NCBI GenBank assembly: GCA_937880125.1
Contig: CALFLU010000031.1
Span: forward strand, 1-53,144
DNA length: 53,144 nt
Source of the DNA: an uncultured Eubacteriaceae bacterium
GTDB lineage: Bacteria; Bacillota; Clostridia; Eubacteriales; UBA1433
Direction: 5' to 3'
In this document: in pieces, positions 12,436-22,292 of the stretch
Numbering within the stretch: position 1 is the first letter of the stretch
How the letters are laid out: each line of letters begins with the position of its first letter
The notes under the pieces: model-generated
The model's database searches: none
What the model was told of the DNA's origin: nothing
Seen by the model: only the letters and a program-made list of their open reading frames with translations
Program-made: the position numbers and the translations under genes

Positions 12436-13314
12436 ATGCTTTCTTTATCTAAATATCGCATTGAAGACGGAAAAAATTTTCGTCTTGCCGACCACAAACC
12501 CGATGACACGGCACATTTGGAAGATAAAAAACAAATTGCCGGCATTATTGAAGAAAATATCAGTATCATGGCCGAAGAACAAGACAAACTCTATGCGCAA
12601 AATGACTATGCGCTTTTGATTATCATTCAAGCCATGGATGCTGCGGGCAAAGACAGCCTGATCAAACACGTTATGACAGGGCTAAACCCCCAGGGCACTT
12701 TGGTGCACTCCTTTAAGCAGCCTTCTTCGGAGGAGTTGGATCACGATTTTTTGTGGCGCACACACAAGTCTCTTCCTGAGCGCGGTCGCATCGGTATCTT
12801 CAATCGTTCCTACTACGAAGATGTGTTGGTTGTGCGCGTGCACAATCTCTTAGACCGCCATCAAATCCCGCGAAAGCTCATCGACGGCAATTTTTGGAAC
12901 AACCGACTGGATCAAATTCGCAATTATGAATATTATCTCGTGCAAAACGGCATTCTTCCCGTCAAATTTTTTCTTCATTTATCCAAAGAAGAGCAAAAGG
13001 AACGGTTCTTGGAACGCATCGACAACCCCTCAAAAAATTGGAAATTTTCTTTAAGCGACATTCAGGAAAGACAGTATTGGGATGATTATCAAAAGGTGTA
13101 CGAAGATGCCATTCGCCAAACCAGCACACCCCATGCGCCCTGGTATATTATTCCCGCCGATAAAAAATGGTTTTCGCGGTTGTTGGTCTCAGATATCATT
13201 GCGCAAAAATTGCAGTCGCTGCAACTGGAATACCCCTCCATGACCGATGAACAAAAGGTCGGGTTGGAAAAAGCGCGAAAGATTCTCATGGATGAAAAAA
13301 ATAATGATAAATGA
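12436..13314 (+). CDS. ppk2: Polyphosphate kinase 2 family (class III-like) phosphotransferase
   Basis: QAMDAAGKD Walker A, FKQPS.EE.DHDFLWR, IFNRSYYEDVLVVRVH, PWYIIPADKKW. Confidence 0.92.
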   Translation: MLSLSKYRIEDGKNFRLADHKPDDTAHLEDKKQIAGIIEENISIMAEEQDKLYAQNDYALLIIIQAMDAAGKDSLIKHVMTGLNPQGTLVHSFKQPSSEELDHDFLWRTHKSLPERGRIGIFNRSYYEDVLVVRVHNLLDRHQIPRKLIDGNFWNNRLDQIRNYEYYLVQNGILPVKFFLHLSKEEQKERFLERIDNPSKNWKFSLSDIQERQYWDDYQKVYEDAIRQTSTPHAPWYIIPADKKWFSRLLVSDIIAQKLQSLQLEYPSMTDEQKVGLEKARKILMDEKNNDK

Positions 13315-13332
13315 TATGCGGAGTATAGCAAT

Positions 13333-14505
13333 ATGTATGGAATGCTGAATTATTTAGACGATTACGGAGACAATACTTTTCTTCAAGCTCCCTTTAATCA
13401 TGTGGACAATTTGGTTTTGGCGGAGATGTGCTATTTGGATTTTGAAAACATTCTTCCCAATCTTCGCCGCGCGCCCGAGTCCAAACCACTCAGGCAAGTG
13501 GCGGCAGAATATGCAACTTTTCTCAAAGACGGTCAGCGCAAAACCGATAAATTGGTGAATCGCTTCGACATCTCACTCATAGAAAAAATGGCCGAAACCC
13601 GCCGCTTCGGCGATATTGCCATGTGCTGCTATACCACTGAGGTGGATTTAGAAATAGAAAAACAGTTTGCCGCTTTGGTATATTGCCTCAGCGACGAGGT
13701 GCATTATCTCGCCTTTCGCGGCACAGACAACAACATCGTCGGCTGGAAGGAAGACTTTATGTCCAGCTACCTTTCCTCCACGCCTTCTCAGCAAGATGCT
13801 TTGAATTATTTAAATACGGTTTTCGACAAATTCGACGGACGATTTTATGTCGGCGGACACTCCAAGGGCGGAAACTTAGCGGTGTATGCTTCTTCCAAAA
13901 CCACCGCGGCAAACAAGGCGCGCATTTTGCAAGTATACAACAACGACGGTCCGGGCTTTTCGAAGGACTTTATCGACAGTGCCGACTACAATGAAATACT
14001 TCCGAAAATCACCACTATTTTGCCGCAGTTTTCCATCATCGGCCAACTGTTGGAACAAAAGGGAGAGCCCATCATCATAGACAGCAGCGGTCTTGGCTTT
14101 GCCCAGCATTTGCCGCAGACCTGGCGCATTGACCACAATGATTTTGTTCGCGCGGAGATGCGCGAATCGGCGCGGCTGCTCAACCAAGCCATTAACAATT
14201 GGATGGATCAGCTTTCCGTTGAAAAAAGAAAAATCTTTGTCGACACGCTCTTTGATATCTTCGGTTCTTCCGACGGCGAAGAGGCAATTGTCCCCCTTAG
14301 CGAAAGCATCAAGCATTTGCAAAAGATTAAAGAACGGTATAAAAGCATTGACGACGAAGCCAAACAAGAAATGGAATCTGCTTTTGATTTGCTCAAGCAG
14401 GAAATTGTGACAGCCTTCCAGGCTTCAATTAAGTCGATTTTTTCCAAATCCGACAAGGAAGCCTCTGACGAGGCAAAAGACACTCCTTTGCCAAAAAACA
14501 CTTGA
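13333..14505 (+). CDS. DUF2974 (Mbeg1-like) alpha/beta hydrolase
   Basis: AFRGTD..IVGWKEDF, GHSKGGNLA nucleophile elbow, DGPGF. Confidence 0.85.
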   Translation: MYGMLNYLDDYGDNTFLQAPFNHVDNLVLAEMCYLDFENILPNLRRAPESKPLRQVAAEYATFLKDGQRKTDKLVNRFDISLIEKMAETRRFGDIAMCCYTTEVDLEIEKQFAALVYCLSDEVHYLAFRGTDNNIVGWKEDFMSSYLSSTPSQQDALNYLNTVFDKFDGRFYVGGHSKGGNLAVYASSKTTAANKARILQVYNNDGPGFSKDFIDSADYNEILPKITTILPQFSIIGQLLEQKGEPIIIDSSGLGFAQHLPQTWRIDHNDFVRAEMRESARLLNQAINNWMDQLSVEKRKIFVDTLFDIFGSSDGEEAIVPLSESIKHLQKIKERYKSIDDEAKQEMESAFDLLKQEIVTAFQASIKSIFSKSDKEASDEAKDTPLPKNT

Positions 14506-14530
14506 CAGCCCGACACAAAACGCCTACAAT
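14502..14530 (+). promoter_or_regulatory. Sigma-A promoter of the FMN leader
   Basis: TTGACA-N17-TACAAT; the -35 overlaps the upstream stop codon. Confidence 0.8.
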
Positions 14531-14542
14531 GAATGAGAAATA

Positions 14543-14649
14543 ATTCTTCGGGGCAGGGTGCAAGTCCCTACCGGCGGTGATAGTCCGCGAGCGATGCTGA
14601 ATCGGTGAAATTCCGATACCGACGGTTATAGTCCGGATGAGAGAAGTAA
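14543..14649 (+). promoter_or_regulatory. FMN riboswitch (RFN element)
   Basis: TCTTCGGGGCAGGGTG..AGTCCCTACCGGCGGT..AGTCCGCGAG...GGTGAAATTCC...ACCGACGGT..AGTCCGGATGAGAGAAG. Confidence 0.96.
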
Positions 14650-14665
14650 TATCTTTTGTTTTTTA

Positions 14666-14699
14666 TGCCCTGTATGTTTTATACAGGGCACATTTTTTT
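14666..14699 (+). terminator. Riboswitch expression-platform terminator
   Basis: TGCCCTGTAT-GTTTT-ATACAGGGCA followed by a T-run. Confidence 0.8.
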
Positions 14700-14767
14700 A
14701 CACAAAAGCTTTCGCATTACTTCTTCCTACCACACATAAAATTTCAGCCCGAAAACAGGAGGAGATC

Positions 14768-15313
14768 ATGGAAAGAACCACTACAAAAAAGATCGTGAAA
14801 ATCGCAGCGCTCAGTGCCATTGCCTTTATTCTCTATTTTATTTTAGAGTTTCCGCTGCTGCCCGGCGCACCGTTTTTAAAGTTTGACTTCTCGGATATTC
14901 CCGCCATGGTGGGCGCCTTTGCCATGGGGCCCGTTGCGGGATTTTTGATCCAGCTGATCAAAAATATTTTACATTTGATGCTCAAGGCAAATGAGGGTTC
15001 TCCGGTGGGCGAATTGGCCAACATCATCGTCGGCTGTGCTTATATCATTCCCGCCGCCTTAATTTATAAACGAAAAAAAACCCGCAAAAACGCGGTAGTC
15101 GGCATGAGCGTAGGCGTTGTTGTGCTGGTGCTTGTGGCTGTTTTATTTAACTATTTTGTATTCTTGCCGCTCTATTCCCCCGCACTGCTCACCGAAGGCG
15201 CAGGCAAATATTTTCTTACGGTGATTATTCCTTTCAACTTTATTAAAGGAGTTATCATCTCTGTTGTCACCTTTATACTCTATAAATTTATTTCACCGAT
15301 TTTGCATAAATGA
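14768..15313 (+). CDS. ribU: ECF transporter S component, riboflavin-specific
   Basis: PFLKFDFSDIP, GELAN and PFN.IKG motifs; downstream of an FMN riboswitch. Confidence 0.92.
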   Translation: MERTTTKKIVKIAALSAIAFILYFILEFPLLPGAPFLKFDFSDIPAMVGAFAMGPVAGFLIQLIKNILHLMLKANEGSPVGELANIIVGCAYIIPAALIYKRKKTRKNAVVGMSVGVVVLVLVAVLFNYFVFLPLYSPALLTEGAGKYFLTVIIPFNFIKGVIISVVTFILYKFISPILHK

Positions 15314-15319
15314 TGCATT

Positions 15320-15356
15320 AAAAAAGAAGCAAAGCGAAAGCTTTGCTTCTTTTTTT
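15320..15356. terminator. Bidirectional intrinsic terminator
   Basis: AAAAAAGAAGCAAAGC-GAAA-GCTTTGCTTCTTTTTTT between convergent genes. Confidence 0.85.
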
Positions 15357-15498
15357 AACTTTTTTTATTACAATCCTTTGCATACTGGCAGCCCGCACAA
15401 CCGCCGCCACATCGCTTTTTTCTTTTGCGCATGTAGAGGATAATTGCCGAAATACATCCTATTATCGCAATGAGAATCACTATATCTATCGGTTTCAT
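15355..15498 (-). CDS. FeoB-associated Cys-rich small membrane protein (47 aa)
   Basis: Read manually: MKPIDIVILIAIIGCISAIILYMRKRKKRCGGGCAGCQYAKDCNKKS. GGAGG SD at the end of feoB. Confidence 0.88.
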   Translation of the reverse strand: MKPIDIVILIAIIGCISAIILYMRKRKKRCGGGCAGCQYAKDCNKKS

Positions 15499-15500
15499 TT

Positions 15501-17498
15501 TTATCCTCCGACAATCAATCTGCCCACATTATAGACGATAAAAGCGACAATCCATGCCACACCGGTTTGGTATCCCACCACTAAGATGGCTTGTTTCAAA
15601 CTGCCCATTTCACGTTTTGTGGCCGCAAAGGCCGCCGCGCAGGGCATATACAGCAGTGTAAAGGTCAAAAACGCCAAAGCCGACAGCGGAGTAAACAAAT
15701 CGTGCAGTGTCATGTTGCTGCCCAGCAGCACTTGGAATGTGCTAATCACCGCCTCCTTGGCAGTGAGTCCCGTAATCAGCGCCGTAGAGGCTTGCCAGGT
15801 GCCAAATCCCAGCGGCTTAAAGATCGGTGCCACTACGCTGCCAATGATTGCCAGCATGCTCTTGGAGCTGTCTTCGACCATGTTGAATCGAAAATCAAAA
15901 CTTTGCAACAGCCAAATCACCAAAGATGCCAGGAAAATAATCGTAAAGGCTCTGACAATAAAGTCTTTGGCTCTCTCCCACACGTGCAGCAAAGTTGTCT
16001 TTGCCGACGGCATGCGATAGGCGGGCAGCTCCAGCACAAAAGGAACGGGACTGCCTTTGAAAGCGGTCTTTTTCATGATGAGTCCTGTGATGATTGCCAC
16101 AACCATCCCCAATATATAAAGCGAAATCACAACCAAAGCTTGATTTTTCGCAAAAAACGCCGCGGCAAAAATGCCGTATACGGGCACCTTGGCAGAGCAT
16201 GACATAAACGGCGTCAGCAAAATCGTCATCTTTCGGTCGCGGGCACTGGGCAGTGTTCGCGTTGCCATGATGGCGGGCACCGAACAGCCAAAGCCAATGA
16301 GCATCGGCACAAATGAGCGCCCGGACAACCCTATTTTTCGCAGCAGTTTATCCATGACAAAGGCAACCCGCGCCATATAGCCGCTGTCTTCCAACAAAGA
16401 CAAAAAGAAGAACAACACAATAATTAACGGCAAAAACGTCAGCACACTGCCTACCCCGGCAAACACACCGTCAATAATCAGCGAATGCAAGGTTGGGCTC
16501 AGCCCAAAGGCCGTGAGCGCTCTGTCGACAAAAGCCGTAAAGGTGTCAATGCCCAGACTGAGCAAGTTGCTGAGCCAAAGACCGATGACACCAAAGGTCA
16601 ACCAAAAGATCAATGCCATAATCAGCAAAAAAACCGGAATGGCAAAATATTTATGCGTCAAAATATTATCTATTTTTATACTGCGCAAGTGCTCTTTACT
16701 TTCAGAGTTTTTGAAGACGGCATCGTGCCCTGCTGTTTCAATAAAGGCATAGCGCATGTCCGCAAGCGCCGCCTCACGATCCGTTTTCGTTTCTTCTTCC
16801 ATCTCTGTAACAATATGCCCCAAAATATCTTTTTCGTTTTCGGATAACTTCAGTGCACATTCTATTTGCGGGTCCCCCTCCACAAGGCGCGTAGCGGCAA
16901 AGCGGCGCGGCAAGCTCACTGCCTGCGCATGGTCTTCAATTAAGTGTGCCACCGAGTGGATGGCCCTGTGCACACTGCCCTCACAAAAATCCAAACGCTT
17001 GGGCTTGATTTTTTCTTTTGCCACTTGCAATGCTTTGGTAACCAAATAGTCGATGCCTTCATCTTTGCTCGCGGAAACGGGTACCACGGACACACCCAGT
17101 GCTTTTTCCAGCTTTGCAACATCGATATAACTTCCCGATTGCTGCACGGCATCCATCATGTTCAGTGCAATCACCATGGGGATTTCAAGTTCCATTACCT
17201 GCAAAGAAAGATATAAATTGCGCTCAATGTTTGTGGCATCCACAATGTTGATAATCCCGTCGGGTTTTTCTGTAATTAAAAAATCACGAGTAACCACTTC
17301 CTCCGCCGTATAAGGCGACAGCGAATAAATGCCCGGTAAATCAACCACCGTAGCATCTTTGCTTTTGCGAATAACACCTTCCTTTTTTTCTACCGTTACC
17401 CCGGGAAAGTTGCCGACATGTTGATTGCTGCCCGTAAGCTGATTAAACAGCGTCGTCTTTCCGGAGTTTTGATTACCGATCAGGGCAAATGTCAACAT
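15501..17498 (-). CDS. feoB: Ferrous iron transport protein B
   Basis: GNQNSGKT, GNFPGVT, DLPG, NMMD G-motifs; LEDSGYMAR and GFGCSVPA. Confidence 0.97.
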   Translation of the reverse strand: MLTFALIGNQNSGKTTLFNQLTGSNQHVGNFPGVTVEKKEGVIRKSKDATVVDLPGIYSLSPYTAEEVVTRDFLITEKPDGIINIVDATNIERNLYLSLQVMELEIPMVIALNMMDAVQQSGSYIDVAKLEKALGVSVVPVSASKDEGIDYLVTKALQVAKEKIKPKRLDFCEGSVHRAIHSVAHLIEDHAQAVSLPRRFAATRLVEGDPQIECALKLSENEKDILGHIVTEMEEETKTDREAALADMRYAFIETAGHDAVFKNSESKEHLRSIKIDNILTHKYFAIPVFLLIMALIFWLTFGVIGLWLSNLLSLGIDTFTAFVDRALTAFGLSPTLHSLIIDGVFAGVGSVLTFLPLIIVLFFFLSLLEDSGYMARVAFVMDKLLRKIGLSGRSFVPMLIGFGCSVPAIMATRTLPSARDRKMTILLTPFMSCSAKVPVYGIFAAAFFAKNQALVVISLYILGMVVAIITGLIMKKTAFKGSPVPFVLELPAYRMPSAKTTLLHVWERAKDFIVRAFTIIFLASLVIWLLQSFDFRFNMVEDSSKSMLAIIGSVVAPIFKPLGFGTWQASTALITGLTAKEAVISTFQVLLGSNMTLHDLFTPLSALAFLTFTLLYMPCAAAFAATKREMGSLKQAILVVGYQTGVAWIVAFIVYNVGRLIVGG

Positions 17499-17754
17499 TG
17501 TCGCTACCTGTTTGAGTAATTTCTATTTTTCTTGCATCTTCCTTGCGCAGCGTCAGCTCATATCCGCGCAGATGCAGCTCGATAGGATCCCCCATAGGCG
17601 CTACTTTGCGCACCATGACGCGCGTTCTCGGCGTCAGTCCCATATCCAGCAATCGGCGACGCAGTGCTCCTTGTCCGCCGACGTTTCCGATAATATATGT
17701 TTGCCCTATGACAGCTTCATCCAGGGTGTTTTGGCGTTGTATGGTATTGTTCAT
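17473..17754 (-). CDS. feoA: Ferrous iron transport protein A
   Basis: RRRLLDMGLTP...APMGDPIE..LRGYEL.LRK. Confidence 0.93.
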   Translation of the reverse strand: MNNTIQRQNTLDEAVIGQTYIIGNVGGQGALRRRLLDMGLTPRTRVMVRKVAPMGDPIELHLRGYELTLRKEDARKIEITQTGSDNVDICPDR

Positions 17755-17818
17755 CACATCATCAGCCTTTCTGTTGATTATCATTGGCTTTTTACATTTT
17801 TCGTCATTAAAATATTTT

Positions 17819-17864
17819 TGTTAGCCTTGGTTAACATTTTACAGCCTTTCACTTGTTTTGTCAA
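17819..17864 (-). promoter_or_regulatory. feo promoter with overlapping DtxR/MntR-type operator
   Basis: TTGACA(17864-59)-N17-TAAAAT(17841-36). Imperfect palindrome TGTTAGCCTTGGTTAACA at 17819-17836. Confidence 0.7.
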
Positions 17865-17898
17865 TACTTTCATGCTATAATTTTTTCAGGTGATAACA

Positions 17899-18276
17899 AT
17901 GATCGATTTAAGTGCTTCAAGCCAAGACTATTTGGAAACTATTCTGGATCTTTCTCATGAAAACAACGAGATACGTTCTGTGGATATTGCGGAAAAAATG
18001 AATGTCTCGCGCGCCAGTGTCAACAAAGCCATCGGCATTTTAAAAAATCTGGGCTACATTACCCAGGAGCGTTACGGCTGCATCATGCTCACTTCTTCGG
18101 GCAAGCAAGCTGCCGTCAACATTCGCGAAAGGCACGATACGCTGAAATATTTTTTCAGTGAAATTTTAGGCATTGAAGAAGAATTGGCCGAACAAGACGC
18201 CTGCCGCATGGAGCACGCCATCAGCAAAGAAACCTTTGCGGCTTTTAAAGAATACATTAAAAAAGAGACGCACTGA
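17899..18276 (+). CDS. DtxR/MntR family metal-dependent transcriptional regulator
   Basis: DYLETI, RSVDIA...VSRASV, RH..L..F, DACRMEH. Divergent from feoAB. Confidence 0.92.
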   Translation: MIDLSASSQDYLETILDLSHENNEIRSVDIAEKMNVSRASVNKAIGILKNLGYITQERYGCIMLTSSGKQAAVNIRERHDTLKYFFSEILGIEEELAEQDACRMEHAISKETFAAFKEYIKKETH

Positions 18277-18293
18277 AGGGTGCGTCTCTTTTT
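18259..18293. terminator. Bidirectional intrinsic terminator
   Basis: AAAAAGAGACGCAC...GTGCGTCTCTTTTT. Confidence 0.8.
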
Positions 18294-18309
18294 ATACAAA
18301 AATACCCGC

Positions 18310-19539
18310 TTATTTTAACAAAATTTGATGGAATATTTTCTTTCCTTTGCGCAACATCACTTTTCCTTCTTCAAAATTATCCAACGTCACCACATCTGCA
18401 AAGTTTTCCACCTTTGCCCCGTTTAAGGAAATGCCCCCCTGCTGCACCAATCTGCGCGCTTCGCTTTTGCTGGCTGCAAGTCCGCTGAGCAGCAAAAGAT
18501 CGGTAATGTCTATTCCTTCTTCAACGGCTTGCACGGCAATGTCCGTAGAAGGAATGCTGCCCTTTTCTTCGCCCTGCCCAAACAACGCTTCTGCGGCACT
18601 GCGCGCTTCATCTGCCGCCTCTTGTCCGTGAATCAGCTTTGTCACCTCATAGGCAAGTACCACCTTGGCTTCATTGATGCGACTGCCTTGAAGGCTTGCA
18701 AGTTGTTTTACTTCTTCTGTCGGCAAAAAAGTCAACAACATCAAACAATTTTCCACATCGGCATCGGCAATATTGCGCCAATATTGATAAAACTCATAGG
18801 GAGACGTTTTTTCTGCATCAAGCCACAGCGCGCCTCCTTCGGTTTTGCCCATCTTCTTTCCTTCGCTGGTCACGAGCAAATTAAAGGTCATGCCATAGGC
18901 GCTGCCTGCGCATTTGCGCCGAATCAAATCCACGCCGCCCAAGATGTTGCTCCATTGGTCGTTTCCGCCAAATTGCATCGTGCAACCGTATTTTTGATAC
19001 AGCATCAAAAAGTCATAGGACTGCATGATCATGTAGTTAAATTCCAAAAACGACAGGCCGTTTTCCATTCTGTTTTTGTAGCAGTCTGCCGTGAGCATGC
19101 GATTTACCGAAAAGCACGCGCCCACATCGCGCAAAAATTCCACATAGTTCAAGTTTAACAACCAGTCTGCATTGTTGACCATGATGGCTTTGTCATCGGA
19201 AAAATCCAAAAATTTCTCAAATACTTTTTTGAACTTTTCTCCGTTGGAGTTAATTTGCTCAAGAGAAAGCATTTTGCGCATATCGGTGCGCCCTGAGGGA
19301 TCCCCCACCATGGTGGTGCCTCCGCCGATGAGGGCAATGGGCTTGTGCCCGTATTGCTGCATAATGGCCATGACCATGATTTGAATAAAGTGCCCTACAT
19401 GCAAACTGTCTGCCGTGGGGTCAAAGCCTATGTAAAAAGTTACTTTTTCATCGGCAAGCAGCTGCCTGATTTCTTCTTCGTGTGTGAGTTGTCCGATAAA
19501 TCCTCTTTCCTGTAAAACATCAAATACATTTTTTTGCAT
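18310..19539 (-). CDS. tyrS: Tyrosine--tRNA ligase
   Basis: [29 protein letters not shown]-terminal S4 domain. Start MQKNV after GGAGAGG. Confidence 0.98.
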   Translation of the reverse strand: MQKNVFDVLQERGFIGQLTHEEEIRQLLADEKVTFYIGFDPTADSLHVGHFIQIMVMAIMQQYGHKPIALIGGGTTMVGDPSGRTDMRKMLSLEQINSNGEKFKKVFEKFLDFSDDKAIMVNNADWLLNLNYVEFLRDVGACFSVNRMLTADCYKNRMENGLSFLEFNYMIMQSYDFLMLYQKYGCTMQFGGNDQWSNILGGVDLIRRKCAGSAYGMTFNLLVTSEGKKMGKTEGGALWLDAEKTSPYEFYQYWRNIADADVENCLMLLTFLPTEEVKQLASLQGSRINEAKVVLAYEVTKLIHGQEAADEARSAAEALFGQGEEKGSIPSTDIAVQAVEEGIDITDLLLLSGLAASKSEARRLVQQGGISLNGAKVENFADVVTLDNFEEGKVMLRKGKKIFHQILLK

Positions 19540-19570
19540 ATTTTTTATCCTCTCCTGCATTTTTTTCAAT

Positions 19571-19757
19571 AAAAAAATCCCTTCTGCAAAGGGACGAGAT
19601 TTCCGCGGTACCACCCAATTTGATTGGCTATGCCAATCCGCTCAACAATTCTTTTCTCCAAAGACGTAATTCGCACCCGATGTTTTTTATGCCTCACACC
19701 ACCCGACATATCTCTTTAAGAAAACAAAGGGCCTACTGCATCTTTTTCATTGATTTT
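19571..19757 (-). promoter_or_regulatory. T-box leader (Tyr specifier)
   Basis: AATTGGGTGGTACCGCG T-box, GAAT-TAC specifier (19666-19668), terminator TCCCTT-TGCAG-AAGGGA plus T-run. TTGACA/TATAAT promoter at 19774-19801. Confidence 0.92.
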
Positions 19758-19925
19758 TATGAGATTTCCTTTCATTATAACGGTTTTTTTATACTTGTCA
19801 ATGGCACGTTTGCTCTTTGCCTCCCATTTGTCTGTCGAAAAAAGCCTTGTATATTTTGTCATTCGAAATATAATAGAAAGAAGGTCTGTTGATGACCGAT
19901 GCAAAAAAAGGAGCCTTGCAAGCCA

Positions 19926-21134
19926 ATGAACGAAAACAATCAAAGAAAAAAACGTTCCACCGTCGCAATTATTGCATTCATCCTCATCACCAATTTTATC
20001 ACCTTTATGTTGATTACCACATTTGGTGTCAGCTTTGGCAGCCGAAGTGCCGTTGCTGTGGACAGTGCCTATACGGCGAAAAAAATAAGCAAGCTTCTCT
20101 ATCTCTATGAAAAACTGAATGATGAATACATTACGCCGCTGGACAAAGACGCCCTGTGGGAAAACGCCTACGCCGGGCTCTTTGAAGGTACCGGCGATCC
20201 CTATACCGTTTATTTGGACCCTGCTTCTTTTGACTCGTACAGAGAAGACCTCACGGGTAATTATGCGGGAATCGGCGTGCGCATCTCTCCCGGAGAAGAC
20301 AATCTCATTACCATTGTCACGGTTTTTCGTGATTCCCCTGCCGATAAAGCAGGTGTTCGCGTCGGGGACAAGGTCATTACCATTGCAGGGGAGGATGCCA
20401 CCACCTGGACGGTGGACCAAGGCGCCTCAAAAATGCGCGGCGAGCCGGGCACCGATGTGCAAATCACTGTTTTGCGCGGCGAAGAAAAAATCGACTTTAC
20501 ATTGACACGTGCACAACTCAACGTGGAGACGGTGGAAGGCTCTGTTTTAGCGAGCAATATCGGCTACATCCTCATCTCCGAATTTTCTTCCGATGTGGCA
20601 GACCAGTTTTCGGCAATTTTGACCAATCAACTCTCGCAAGGTGCAACCTCTCTGATTATCGATTTGCGCAACAACCCCGGCGGCGATGTCAACGCCACAT
20701 TGGACATAGCTGACCGCATTTTGGGCGATGCCATGATTATGTATACACAGGACAACAGCGGAAAAAAACGAGAATATCACTCCTCGGCAGATGCTTCTTT
20801 GCAAATACCCATTGTGGTGCTGGTCAATGAATACTCCGCCTCTGCTTCCGAAATTTTGGCGGTGTCCTTAAAAGACAACAAAGCCGCCACGTTAATCGGC
20901 ACCAAAACATACGGCAAGGGCATTATTCAAAGCTTTCAGGGCATGATGGATGGCAGCGGTTATAAAATCACCGTGGAGCAATATTTCTCTCCTTCGGGGC
21001 AAAGCATTCATGAGCTGGGTGTCGAGCCTGATATTGCTGTCTCGCTGCCCGAAAATGTAACTTATATCTATGGAAAAGTCGCTCCCGACCAAGATACACA
21101 GTTGCAAGAAGCTATCAAATTTTTGACGAAATAG
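19926..21134 (+). CDS. S41 family C-terminal processing peptidase (CtpA-like)
   Basis: N-terminal TM, GDPYT, GIGV PDZ, DLRNNPGG, SASASEI, TYGKG. Confidence 0.93.
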   Translation: MNENNQRKKRSTVAIIAFILITNFITFMLITTFGVSFGSRSAVAVDSAYTAKKISKLLYLYEKLNDEYITPLDKDALWENAYAGLFEGTGDPYTVYLDPASFDSYREDLTGNYAGIGVRISPGEDNLITIVTVFRDSPADKAGVRVGDKVITIAGEDATTWTVDQGASKMRGEPGTDVQITVLRGEEKIDFTLTRAQLNVETVEGSVLASNIGYILISEFSSDVADQFSAILTNQLSQGATSLIIDLRNNPGGDVNATLDIADRILGDAMIMYTQDNSGKKREYHSSADASLQIPIVVLVNEYSASASEILAVSLKDNKAATLIGTKTYGKGIIQSFQGMMDGSGYKITVEQYFSPSGQSIHELGVEPDIAVSLPENVTYIYGKVAPDQDTQLQEAIKFLTK

Positions 21135-21143
21135 GTAAATTAT

Positions 21144-22292
21144 ATGAACACACCGATATTATGCGCCATTTGCACCTTCGGATTGGAGAGCGTTTTAAAA
21201 CGCGAGTTAATCGACCTCTCTTTTCAAATCCACAAAGTTGAAAACGGCAAAGTTTATTACAGCGGCGATGGCATTCATGCCATCGCACTTTCAAATTTAT
21301 ATTTGCGCACGGCAGATCGTGTATTTTTGAAGTTGGGCGAATTTGATTGCGATCACTTTGATGCACTCTATGAACATACGCTGCAAATTCCCTTTGAAGA
21401 GTATATTCCTCCAAATGGCAAGTTCGATGTTTATAAAGTCAACAGCGTGCGCTCGCGCCTGCACAGCAAGTCGGATTGCCAGGCAATTGTGAAAAAAGCC
21501 GCAGCACAGCGACTTCAAAAAATGCACGGTGTCGATGTTCTCTCGGAGACCGGTAGGGCTTTTCCCATTGCACTGCACCTTGCCAATGACAGGGCGGAGA
21601 TATTTCTCAACACCTCAGGGGCAGGCCTCAACAGACGGGGCTATCGAAAAACAGGCAACGAGGCGCCTTTAAAGGAAACTCTGGCCGCTGCCATGGTGCT
21701 GTTGTCCAATTATCGTCCCGAAAAAACATTGGCAGACGTCATGTGCGGCTCCGGCACCATTCTTATTGAAGCGGCCATGATTATGAAGAATATGGCACCG
21801 GGCATTGGCCGCGATTTTATCAGCGAAGGCTGGTCTGATGCCTTTGCCCAAAGTTATGCACAATGTCGACAAATTGCGCGAGACAATGTGCAACCTACGC
21901 CGTTGCGCATTTTGGGCAGTGACATTGACTATTTTTCCATCAAACAGGCGAAGGAAAACGCACGTCTGGCAGGCGTTGAAGGCGATATCGCCTTTCAAAA
22001 ACTGGATTTAAAGGACTTTTCTTCGAAAAAGAAATGTGGTGTACTCATCAGTAACGCGCCCTACGGCATGCGCACGGGGGGCGGACAAATACACGAGCTC
22101 TATGAAAATTTAGGACATATTTATCGCAATTTAAACGAGTGGTCCGCCTTTGTCCTTTCCGGCTATGAAGGATTTGAAAAGGCCTTTGGTCAAAGGAGCA
22201 ACAAAAATCGAAAACTGTACAACGGAGGCATTAAAACCTATCTGTATTCCTATTATCCCAAGAGGGCGCCGAGACTTGATGAACATTCGTGA
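21144..22292 (+). CDS. THUMP-domain RNA methyltransferase (RlmL/YpsC-like)
   Basis: FGLE..LKREL, LRTADRV, RRGYR...APLKETLAA, CGSGT, NAPYG. Confidence 0.9.
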   Translation: MNTPILCAICTFGLESVLKRELIDLSFQIHKVENGKVYYSGDGIHAIALSNLYLRTADRVFLKLGEFDCDHFDALYEHTLQIPFEEYIPPNGKFDVYKVNSVRSRLHSKSDCQAIVKKAAAQRLQKMHGVDVLSETGRAFPIALHLANDRAEIFLNTSGAGLNRRGYRKTGNEAPLKETLAAAMVLLSNYRPEKTLADVMCGSGTILIEAAMIMKNMAPGIGRDFISEGWSDAFAQSYAQCRQIARDNVQPTPLRILGSDIDYFSIKQAKENARLAGVEGDIAFQKLDLKDFSSKKKCGVLISNAPYGMRTGGGQIHELYENLGHIYRNLNEWSAFVLSGYEGFEKAFGQRSNKNRKLYNGGIKTYLYSYYPKRAPRLDEHS

